NCBI GenBank assembly: GCA_001000675.1
Contig: LCHW01000001.1
Coordinates: 160,686-216,293, forward strand
Source: Candidatus Wolfebacteria bacterium GW2011_GWE2_44_13
GTDB lineage: Bacteria > Patescibacteriota > Minisyncoccia > UBA6257 > UBA9933
Direction: 5' to 3'
DNA: 55,608 nucleotides
The position numbers and the translations under genes were made by a program. This document shows, one piece after another, positions 1 through 6,705 of the stretch. The notes below the pieces were generated by a model that saw nothing but the letters and a program-made list of their open reading frames with translations, searched no databases and was not told where the DNA came from. Within the stretch, counting starts at the first letter, position 1. Every line of letters begins with the position of its first letter.

Positions 1-174
1 ACGCCGGCGGGAAATATTATTGTAGACAAAACAACATTTCAAACATCGGAAAAAGGCGTTTGGGCTGCGGGAGATATTACTGATAGTTCGTACAATCAAA
101 TTAATACCGCAATTGGGGAGGCGATTAAAGCGACGCTCAATATTTACGAAATGCTTAGTAAGAAGGAGATTTAA
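1..174 (+). CDS. trxB: C-terminal fragment of a thioredoxin-disulfide reductase-like FAD oxidoreductase (5' end outside window)
   Basis: Frame 1 from base 1 reads ...TFQTSEKGVWAAGDITDSSYNQINTAIGEAIKATLNIYEMLSKKEI*. The G-x-WAAGD FAD motif and tail are typical of TrxB C-termini. Stop TAA at 172-174. Confidence 0.6.
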   Translation, partial: TPAGNIIVDKTTFQTSEKGVWAAGDITDSSYNQINTAIGEAIKATLNIYEMLSKKEI

Positions 175-219
175 TAGTATTACGGAGTACTCCCTTGTAT
201 ACTAGCTATATAAACTTAT

Positions 220-1224
220 ATGAAAAATAGCATTAAAAATACATACTTTCCGTTAGTCGGTGTCGGAATTTTATTAATTGGATCTGTGGTTGTGGGTACT
301 GTATTTGCATGGACGAATCCATCCGATAATCCACCGGCAGCTACTCCTGTTATTACTACAACCAATGGAAATATTGGCATTGCAAAAGCAACTCCAGCGT
401 ATAGTCTCGATATTTACAATGCATCTGATCCTCGAGTTAGAATAAGTAACGGAACATATAATTATTTCCTTGGCAACGCCAACATGTTTCTTTCGGGAGC
501 GCTCACGAACAGCTTTGGTATTTCGTCGAGCAATGGTATTACGTTTTCTGGGAATAATACAACAGGTTCTCATATGACGTTGGCAACGGATGGGAGTGTT
601 GGTATTGGCACTGCATCTACCGACACTAATTATAAACTCACGATTAGCGGTAAGGGAGTTAAGGCGGAGAGCGCGAACACGCAACCGGCGGGCTATTTCA
701 ATAACACAGGAGGTGGCCCTGCTATTACTGCGGGAACGGGAGGCATTACGCTAGGCGGGGTAAACCAAACTGCTTGGCCGATGCCTGCGCCAGCGGCATT
801 TCGTGGCGCATTAGTATATACGAGTTCGCCGTGGCCTACATTAGGTGCAGCAACATTTACAACAATACCGTATGCGTATGAAAAATATGACACGGATGCC
901 ATTCATAACACAGTGACTAACCCGGCTAGACTTACCGTCCCTGCTGGAGTTAGTAGGGTGCGTCTTGTATTTAAACTAGCGGTAGGTAGCAACCCTACTA
1001 GCGCAGGTTCGCTTAGTGTGCAGATCAAAAAGAATGGGACGACAAACAATACGGATTCTGCGGAAGCGACGTTTCCACTTGCGACCACCTATCGGCCATC
1101 TGTTATGGTGTCATCTCCGGTCACTAATGTTATTCCGGGAGATTATTTTGAAGCGGTTGTGTACAACAGCACTGCCGCATTGACTGGGGTTGTTTCTTGG
1201 TTTGGAATGGAGGTAATTGAATAA
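220..1224 (+). CDS. membrane-anchored surface protein with tail-fibre-like Gly/Thr/Asn-rich middle and C1q/TNF-like C-terminal domain
   Basis: 334-aa ORF with an N-terminal TM helix followed by AWTNPSDNPP. The middle carries G-x-GIGT / KLTISG motifs. The C-terminal ~140 aa (FRGALVY...TTIPY..EKYDTD...LTVPAGVSRVRLVF...KKNGT) follows a C1q-like jelly-roll pattern. Confidence 0.65.
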   Translation: MKNSIKNTYFPLVGVGILLIGSVVVGTVFAWTNPSDNPPAATPVITTTNGNIGIAKATPAYSLDIYNASDPRVRISNGTYNYFLGNANMFLSGALTNSFGISSSNGITFSGNNTTGSHMTLATDGSVGIGTASTDTNYKLTISGKGVKAESANTQPAGYFNNTGGGPAITAGTGGITLGGVNQTAWPMPAPAAFRGALVYTSSPWPTLGAATFTTIPYAYEKYDTDAIHNTVTNPARLTVPAGVSRVRLVFKLAVGSNPTSAGSLSVQIKKNGTTNNTDSAEATFPLATTYRPSVMVSSPVTNVIPGDYFEAVVYNSTAALTGVVSWFGMEVIE

Positions 1225-1356
1225 TTTGCATATAAAATAGGGCATATTTAGAGAGAAAAGCACTATAAAGGCAGGGGCGTTTGGTCCTTGCTTTTTTATA
1301 CCATTTTCAGTACACTATCTGCACGTTCCTTCAAGAAGTAAGGAATTTTATTAATT

Positions 1357-2094
1357 ATGGATAACAAAATAACCACAGAATCAGTCGAAGGAATGATTCA
1401 AAACGACGAAATCGAAGTCGACATAACTCTTATTAAAGAGATGGCCGACAATGGTTTGTTGTATGGACACAAGAAGCAGCGGACTCATCCGCGTTTCAAG
1501 CAGTTCATCTACACCACTCGAAACGGCGTTGAGATCATCGATTTGGCAAAGACGTCGAAAAAAATCGACGAAGCAGTAGCGTTTTTGAACGCACAACTGA
1601 AAGAGAAGAAAACCGTACTCGTGGTCGGGACTCAGGCAGCAAGCTGGGACGCGGTTGAAACATTTGCGACAAAGTTCGGAATGCCGTACGTAAAAAATGG
1701 TTGGATTGGAGGATTAGTCACTAACTTCAAAGTTGTTGGACAGCGCTTGGATTTCTTCCGAACGTCGATGGCAGCTATGGAAAAGGGCGAATTCGAAAAA
1801 TACACCAAAAAAGAGCGCGTCACGATCAATCGAAAGCTTGAGAAGATGAAGCTCATGTTCGAGGGAATGGACACCTTGACCAAAGCTCCGGACGTCATGT
1901 TCGTGATTGACGGTTCACTCCGTAATCACATCACTGCCATCAAGGAAGCTGCTACGTTGAAGATTCCTGTTGTCGCTATCATTGATAGTGATGACAATCC
2001 GGATCTTGTAACCTATCCGATTCCGGCGAACGATCACGCAAAGATGAGCATCACCTGGTTGATGAAGCATTTAGGCGAGAGACTCGACGCATAA
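1357..2094 (+). CDS. rpsB: 30S ribosomal protein S2
   Basis: 245-aa ORF. LLYGHKKQRTHPRFKQFIYTTRNGVEIIDLAKT and VVAIIDSDDNPD are characteristic S2 blocks. It is followed by tsf, the conserved gene order. Confidence 0.95.
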   Translation: MDNKITTESVEGMIQNDEIEVDITLIKEMADNGLLYGHKKQRTHPRFKQFIYTTRNGVEIIDLAKTSKKIDEAVAFLNAQLKEKKTVLVVGTQAASWDAVETFATKFGMPYVKNGWIGGLVTNFKVVGQRLDFFRTSMAAMEKGEFEKYTKKERVTINRKLEKMKLMFEGMDTLTKAPDVMFVIDGSLRNHITAIKEAATLKIPVVAIIDSDDNPDLVTYPIPANDHAKMSITWLMKHLGERLDA

Positions 2095-2097
2095 GTT

Positions 2098-2220
2098 AAA
2101 ATACGTGAGATTTGCGAACTACTTTGTTGCGGGCCCCTGCCGGTGCGGTCGATGTGCGAATAGCACACCTTCCTTGCCGGCATTCCCGCGCCGTGTATTT
2201 CATCAAATCTCACGTATTTT
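2098..2220 (+). repeat. 123-nt imperfect-palindrome intergenic element, copy A (rpsB|tsf)
   Basis: A perfect 17-bp closing stem, AAAATACGTGAGATTTG (2098-2114) with CAAATCTCACGTATTTT (2204-2220), encloses nested helices GCGGG/CCCGC, TGCCGG/CCGGCA and GTGC/GCAC. It is homologous to the copies at 43358-43480 and 51583-51706. Confidence 0.7.
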
Positions 2221-2279
2221 TTAAAATCAATAAAAGGTTATATAATAAATAGGCTATTCACATAATATTTTTTACTAGT

Positions 2280-2723
2280 ATGGCAATGGAAGATATCGCA
2301 AAATTGCGTGAAATGACTGGTGCGGGTGTTGTTGAGTGTAAAAAGGCTTTTGATGAAGCTGAAGGAGATTTTGATAAAGCAAAGGACATTTTGTTCGAGC
2401 GAGGAATCGCGCGTGCTGAAAAAAAGGGAGATCGTGCGACTGGTGCAGGATTATTGCAGACATATTCCCACAATGGACGCGTGTCTGTTATGGTTGAAAT
2501 GCGCTGTGAAACTGATTTCGTTGCACGCAACGAAAAGTTCCAGGCTTTGGCACATGATGTTGCTATGCACATCGCAGCTATGGCCCCTGAGACCGTGGAG
2601 GACTTGTACGGACAACAGTTTGTAAAAGATCCGTCCATGACCGTTGAAGATTTGGTTAAGAGCGCGATCGGCACCATCGGAGAGAATATCAAGGTGGAGA
2701 AGTTTGCTCGATTTGAGATCTAA
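2280..2723 (+). CDS. tsf: translation elongation factor Ts (short form, 147 aa)
   Basis: N-terminal UBA-like block IAKLREMTGAGVVECKKAF..A.GD.DKA, then GRVSVMVEMRCETDFVARNEKFQALAHDVAMHIAA. It lies immediately downstream of rpsB. Confidence 0.9.
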   Translation: MAMEDIAKLREMTGAGVVECKKAFDEAEGDFDKAKDILFERGIARAEKKGDRATGAGLLQTYSHNGRVSVMVEMRCETDFVARNEKFQALAHDVAMHIAAMAPETVEDLYGQQFVKDPSMTVEDLVKSAIGTIGENIKVEKFARFEI

Positions 2724-2760
2724 AATGTGAGGCAAGAGGTGAGAGATGTGAGATACGATA

Positions 2761-2797
2761 AATTCCGAGCGCCCAGGGCGCTCGGAATTTGTTTTTT
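2761..2797 (+). terminator. rho-independent terminator after tsf
   Basis: 13-bp perfect stem AATTCCGAGCGCC / GGCGCTCGGAATT with a 3-nt loop, followed by TGTTTTTT. Confidence 0.85.
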
Positions 2798-2833
2798 GGA
2801 CGAGAATAGCCGTATAATAACAATACATTTACT

Positions 2834-3271
2834 ATGTATCACTTCGTATTACAAATTTTAATAATGCTTTCGTTGGGTGTGCTTGTGTACTTGGCAGCGC
2901 GAAAAATTCCTCAAATTTCCGATACGCTCCCTGAAGATACTACTGGACAGCCGAAGGGTTTTTGGCATCAAATAGAACTTATTCTTGGGCGTTTGCCGTT
3001 GGATAAGTTTGATATCGCAATTAGCCAATTTCTGGAGAAGAACATTCGTAAGATGAAGTTGACCCTTGCGCGTTTTGATAACTATCTTACGCACCACCTA
3101 GAGCAGTTTAAACAGGTTAAGCATCGAACGCATAAAAAACAGCAAAAGAAGTTTGTATTGTTTGAAAACGCTGAAGGTGCTGTTGAGGGTGGAGAAGAGC
3201 AAGGGCGTTCTACAGAAATGCCTGAAATAGTGAAGAAAGAAGAGGAGGATCTTTCGAAGCCTGCTAAATAA
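2834..3271 (+). CDS. hypothetical membrane-anchored protein
   Basis: 145-aa ORF with one N-terminal hydrophobic helix (VLQILIMLSLGVLVYLAA) and a charged Lys/Glu-rich tail. No recognisable motif. Confidence 0.55.
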   Translation: MYHFVLQILIMLSLGVLVYLAARKIPQISDTLPEDTTGQPKGFWHQIELILGRLPLDKFDIAISQFLEKNIRKMKLTLARFDNYLTHHLEQFKQVKHRTHKKQQKKFVLFENAEGAVEGGEEQGRSTEMPEIVKKEEEDLSKPAK

Positions 3272-3329
3272 GGTTGCGAAAGCGTAAACTATTGCAAAAT
3301 TTTTCCCAATAAGGCATTATTGGGAAACT

Positions 3330-3413
3330 GGGTGGGTAGTCCCGTAGGGGCCGGGAGCAGACTGTAAATCTGTCAGGCATGTACTCGCGTGAGTTCGACT
3401 CTCACCTCACCCA
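3330..3413 (+). tRNA. tRNA-Tyr (anticodon GTA), long variable arm
   Basis: Acceptor GGGTGGG/CTCACCC. Anticodon stem CAGAC/GTCTG-like with loop CTGTAAA. T-arm GTGAG-TTCGACT-CTCAC. The layout parallels E. coli tRNA-Tyr. No encoded CCA. Confidence 0.9.
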
Positions 3414-3430
3414 CACTAAGTTCACCCGTC

Positions 3431-3459
3431 TTGCGGATTTCGAATTTGGTGGTTATAAT
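3431..3459 (+). promoter_or_regulatory. sigma70-like promoter upstream of tRNA-Thr
   Basis: TTGCGG (3431-3436), 17-nt spacer, TATAAT (3454-3459). Confidence 0.45.
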
Positions 3460-3485
3460 GCATAAGTTCAATTCGAGTACCTAGC

Positions 3486-3558
3486 GCCGATGTAGCTCAG
3501 TTGGTAGAGCAGCTCCATGGTAAGGAGCAGGTCGAAGGTTCAAATCCTTTCATCGGCT
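3486..3558 (+). tRNA. tRNA-Thr (anticodon GGT)
   Basis: Acceptor GCCGATG/CATCGGC. D-arm TAGCTCAGTTGGTAGAGC. Anticodon loop ATGGTAA. T-loop GGTTCAAATCC. Confidence 0.9.
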
Positions 3559-3576
3559 CATTTTTTTTCAGAATTG

Positions 3577-3649
3577 GCCACCTTAGCTCAGTTGGTAGAG
3601 CAACGGTTTTGTAAACCGTAGGTCCGCGGTCCGAATCCGCGAGGTGGCT
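3577..3649 (+). tRNA. tRNA-Thr (anticodon TGT)
   Basis: Acceptor GCCACCT/AGGTGGC. D-arm TAGCTCAGTTGGTAGAGC. Anticodon stem ACGGT/ACCGT with loop TTTGTAA. T-loop GGTCCGAATCC. Confidence 0.9.
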
Positions 3650-3655
3650 CAAAGG

Positions 3656-3684
3656 TTGCAAAATGTAAAGAACCGTGATATATA
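3656..3684 (+). promoter_or_regulatory. candidate promoter for rpmG
   Basis: TTGCAA (3656-3661), 17-nt spacer, TGaTATATA extended -10 (3676-3684). The predicted +1 is about 3 nt before the rpmG ATG. Confidence 0.4.
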
Positions 3685-3693
3685 ATAAAGACT

Positions 3694-3864
3694 ATGGCGA
3701 AATCAAAGCTGAAAGAACAACTAACCCGACTGCGCTGTGCAACGTGTAAGCACGTTAATTATCACACTCGGAAGAACAAGAAATCTGTTTCCCGCAAGAT
3801 CGAACTGAACAAGTTCTGTGATTGGTGCAGAGTCCACACGACGCACAAGGAAGCAAGAAAATAA
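3694..3864 (+). CDS. rpmG: 50S ribosomal protein L33
   Basis: 56-aa ORF, absent from the ORF track because it is under 60 aa: MAKSKLKEQLTRLRCATCKHVNYHTRKNKKSVSRKIELNKFCDWCRVHTTHKEARK. It has the CxxC...CxxC zinc-ribbon and a basic L33 signature. Its position in a tRNA-Thr/Trp cluster is the classical context. Confidence 0.9.
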   Translation: MAKSKLKEQLTRLRCATCKHVNYHTRKNKKSVSRKIELNKFCDWCRVHTTHKEARK

Positions 3865-3941
3865 GTAAGTTTATTTATTGCATAAACAATGCGCCACAAG
3901 TATACTGTATATGCTTTTGGCGCATTTTTTATAAACATAAC

Positions 3942-4012
3942 GGGGGATTAGTTAAATGGTATAATTTCTCTCTCCAAAAGAGAAGTCGAGGGTCCGATTC
4001 CTTCATCCCCCG
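3942..4012 (+). tRNA. tRNA-Trp (anticodon CCA)
   Basis: Acceptor GGGGGAT/ATCCCCC. Anticodon stem TCTCT/AGAGA with loop CTCCAAA. T-loop GGTCCGATTCC. Confidence 0.9.
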
Positions 4013-4017
4013 CCTAC

Positions 4018-4046
4018 GCCTCGCCGAAGCTAAGCTTCGGCGAGGC
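4018..4046 (+). other. 13-bp perfect hairpin directly 3' of tRNA-Trp
   Basis: GCCTCGCCGAAGC-TAA-GCTTCGGCGAGGC. No U-tract follows. Possibly a processing or stability hairpin. Confidence 0.5.
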
Positions 4047-4063
4047 AAAGCCCTCAAATAAAA

Positions 4064-4092
4064 CAAAAAAAGCCTACGTAGGCTCTTTTTTT
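4064..4092. terminator. bidirectional-looking rho-independent terminator
   Basis: A-run, palindrome AGCCTACGTAGGCT, then CTTTTTTT. Confidence 0.7.
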
Positions 4093-4106
4093 GTTGTAGA
4101 GAGATA

Positions 4107-4135
4107 TTGACAGATTTATATTATTGTGCTATTAT
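4107..4135 (+). promoter_or_regulatory. sigma70-like promoter for the 4181 gene
   Basis: TTGACA (4107-4112), 17-nt spacer, TGcTATTAT extended -10 ending at 4135. An SD-containing leader follows. Confidence 0.55.
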
Positions 4136-4180
4136 TTATTCAGTTCCATTATGTCCACTGGACGTTAAACAGGAGGTTTT

Positions 4181-4543
4181 ATGAAAAAGAAGGGTTTGCT
4201 CATCGCGCTTGCGCTCGTTGCCTGCTTTAGCTGGCTTGCAGTTGTCGTGACATCAGCGATGATACACGATGCGGAAGAAAAGGCCTTTGAAGCTGGTCGG
4301 AGCGCGAGCTTTGGCAAGCTGCGGATCGCTGACGCCAACACGGTCTACGAGCTGAAGCTCGTTGGTATCGCCAAAGACTGGCAAGGGGTCGAGCTGGCGT
4401 ATGATCTTGAAGAGTCCTTTGCCAGTTCGAGAAGTGCTTCGTCTGGGGCGGTGAATTTTAACCTGCCTCCCGAGGCGAAGGATGGAGACAAGATTTTCTT
4501 TGACTCCTTCCCTTCGAAAAAGTTCGTGATCGTGCCGAGATAA
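4181..4543 (+). CDS. small secreted/lipoprotein-like hypothetical protein
   Basis: 120-aa ORF with a strong SD (AGGAGG, 6-11 nt upstream). Signal-like N-terminus MKKKGLLIALALVACFSWLAV contains a Cys. Confidence 0.7.
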   Translation: MKKKGLLIALALVACFSWLAVVVTSAMIHDAEEKAFEAGRSASFGKLRIADANTVYELKLVGIAKDWQGVELAYDLEESFASSRSASSGAVNFNLPPEAKDGDKIFFDSFPSKKFVIVPR

Positions 4544-4567
4544 GGCGCGGTTGCAGCAGGGCTAAGA

Positions 4568-4598
4568 GGGGCGGGATTCATTTCCCGCCCCTTTTTTT
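4568..4598 (+). terminator. rho-independent terminator
   Basis: GGGGCGGGA / TCCCGCCCC stem with a 6-nt loop, then a T7 run. Confidence 0.85.
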
Positions 4599-4614
4599 AT
4601 ACTCCTTTGCCCTA

Positions 4615-4620
4615 TATACT
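4615..4620 (+). promoter_or_regulatory. -10 box placed for a leaderless M3 peptidase mRNA
   Basis: TATACT, then exactly 6 nt (TAACCA), then ATG at 4627. No SD. Confidence 0.45.
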
Positions 4621-4626
4621 TAACCA

Positions 4627-6642
4627 ATGAACCGAAAAGCCTATACATCTGAAGATTTCGCATGGGTCAACTGGACTCCTGAGATAATCAAACAAAAAAT
4701 AAACGAAGCAATCGAAGCGAAAAAAGTTTGCTATGCAGTCATAAAAGCGATCGCGCCGAGCGAGCGAACATTTACCAATACTGTGTTTGCGATTGAATCA
4801 TCCGAGTACGAACATATCGATGCTATTGCGCAGGTAGAGTTTTTGATGCATGTAAGCCCGTTGGCCGAAGTGCGTGACACTGCGCAAGAAATGGTAGATG
4901 TCTTGCAAAAGGCAATAGTGGATATTGAATATGATCCAGATATGTATCGAGCGATGCAGGAGTATGCGGCCAAGGATGACTTATTGGTGGGAGCTGACAA
5001 GGAACTGTTTGATGACATGATGCGTACATATAAACGTATGGGGTTTGTTCTCGAACCTGAAAAGCAGCAAACACTTAAAGACAATCTTAAAGAAATAGCT
5101 GAGCTTGCGACTGGGTTTGAAAAAGCGATCGCCGATCATCAGGACCATATTGTAGTCCGCAAAGAGGAGTTGCGCGGCTTGCCAGAGGCATATATTAATG
5201 GATTGAAACAAGATGAAGAAGGCAATTATATTGTTACCCTTGCCTATCCCGACTATATTCCTTTTTCCGAACGATGTGATTCTGCACCACGAAGAAAGGA
5301 ACTGATTGATAAGTTTAATCGCCGAGGAGGACCGGCAAATATCGAACGCCTTAAGCGTATTCTTGAGTTGCGGACGGAAAATGCAATGGTATTGGGATAT
5401 CCGAATCACGCTGCCTTTAAGCTGGAAGACCGTATGGCAAAAACAGTGGAAATGGTTACGGAATTTTATAAGGATTTACAGAAAATAGTAACGAACCCAG
5501 CAAAGCTCGATTTGCAGCTGCTCGCTGAAATGAAAAAGAAGGAGCTGGGCGATTCATCTGCGCGTCTTGCGTATTATGATATTGGTTACTATATTCAGCG
5601 CGATAAGATGCAGGGATATGCAGTTGATGATGAAGTGACTCGAGAATATTTTCCACTCGAACGAGTGCTCGATACGATGTTCGATTTGTATGCGTCTGTT
5701 TTAGGGCTGCAATTTGTACGTGAGAACTTCCCTGCATGGCACGAGAGCGTATTGTGGTATCGCGTTGACAATGCTAATGGATCTCTTGTCGGCTATTTTT
5801 CGCTCGACCTGTTTCCTCGGGAAGGGAAGTATGGGCATGCAATGATGCATCCCCATGTCCAAGGACGGCGTGCTTCACGGGAGCTTGATGCGCCGTATGT
5901 AACGCCGACGTGCGGAGTGGTTGCGAATTTCAATCCTTCCTCAGGGACTACGCCTTCGTTGTTAAGTCACAACGAAGTGCAAACGCTATTTCATGAATTC
6001 GGCCATGCTATGCATTCGCTTGTAACAACTGCTGTGCATATGTCACAAGCGGGAACAAATACTGCTCGGGATTTTGTTGAAGCCCCTTCGCAAATGTTTG
6101 AATATTGGGTTTGGGAGCGAGAGATCCTTAAAAAAATGTCAAAGCACTATGTGACTAGCGAGCCATTGCCGGACGAGCTTATTGATCGTATGATTCGTTC
6201 AAAAAATCATGCGCAAGGATATTCTATCTTGCGACAGTTGTTTCTTGGTTCGCTGGATATGACGTTTCATACAGCAACGGAGCCAATTGACCCTGTTGCT
6301 GTGTATGCCGATTTATATAAACAGATGTTTGAGCTTGAACCTGCGCAAGATCAGCTATGGCCTGCTGGTTTTGGGCATTTAATGCACTATGACGCGGGCT
6401 ATTACGGCTATTTATGGTCCGAAGTGTATGCTGCTGATATGTTCGCTCGATTCCGCACAGAGGGTGTTATGAGCCCTACAATCGGCATGGAATATCGTAA
6501 GAAAATTCTCGAAGTTGGTTCAAGCAGGGACGAAATGGAATCAGTAAAGGATTTCCTTGGGCGTATGCCAAATCACAAAGCATTTCTTGCGGATATGGGT
6601 TTAGCGTCTCATGATGAGAAGGGAGGAGAGGCAAGTGAATAA
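4627..6642 (+). CDS. M3-family zinc oligopeptidase (thimet oligopeptidase / Dcp / oligopeptidase A-like)
   Basis: 671-aa ORF with the HEFGH zinc motif (TLFHEFGHAMHS), a downstream glutamate region (FVEAPSQMFEYW), and the GYYGYLWS block typical of M3A. Confidence 0.9.
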   Translation: MNRKAYTSEDFAWVNWTPEIIKQKINEAIEAKKVCYAVIKAIAPSERTFTNTVFAIESSEYEHIDAIAQVEFLMHVSPLAEVRDTAQEMVDVLQKAIVDIEYDPDMYRAMQEYAAKDDLLVGADKELFDDMMRTYKRMGFVLEPEKQQTLKDNLKEIAELATGFEKAIADHQDHIVVRKEELRGLPEAYINGLKQDEEGNYIVTLAYPDYIPFSERCDSAPRRKELIDKFNRRGGPANIERLKRILELRTENAMVLGYPNHAAFKLEDRMAKTVEMVTEFYKDLQKIVTNPAKLDLQLLAEMKKKELGDSSARLAYYDIGYYIQRDKMQGYAVDDEVTREYFPLERVLDTMFDLYASVLGLQFVRENFPAWHESVLWYRVDNANGSLVGYFSLDLFPREGKYGHAMMHPHVQGRRASRELDAPYVTPTCGVVANFNPSSGTTPSLLSHNEVQTLFHEFGHAMHSLVTTAVHMSQAGTNTARDFVEAPSQMFEYWVWEREILKKMSKHYVTSEPLPDELIDRMIRSKNHAQGYSILRQLFLGSLDMTFHTATEPIDPVAVYADLYKQMFELEPAQDQLWPAGFGHLMHYDAGYYGYLWSEVYAADMFARFRTEGVMSPTIGMEYRKKILEVGSSRDEMESVKDFLGRMPNHKAFLADMGLASHDEKGGEASE

Positions 6643-6678
6643 AAAACAGCAGGAGATTTTTCTCCTGCTGTTTTTTTA
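6641..6678 (+). terminator. rho-independent terminator
   Basis: ACAGCAGGAGA-TTTT-TCTCCTGCTGT, then a T7 run. Confidence 0.85.
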
Positions 6679-6705
6679 TTCGGAGTACTGTATAATGAAA
6701 TCGAT

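Noticed and set aside
2188-2199. CATTCCCGCGCC inside the 123-nt element copy A resembles the GTCATTCCCGCG small repeat
   Set aside because: The homologous positions in copies B (GTTCCCACGCC) and C (CGTCGGCGCC) do not keep the motif. The similarity looks coincidental and does not point to a composite element.
3311-3330. Hairpin CCCAATAA-GGCA-TTATTGGG just upstream of tRNA-Tyr as a terminator
   Set aside because: No U-run follows on either strand. It may be a processing hairpin, but the evidence is too thin to annotate.
3822-4061. 79-aa ORF on the + strand in the ORF track
   Set aside because: It starts inside the end of rpmG and reads through tRNA-Trp (3942-4012) and the following perfect hairpin. 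The RLRLAEAKLRRGKA peptide is just the translated palindrome. There is no independent start signal.
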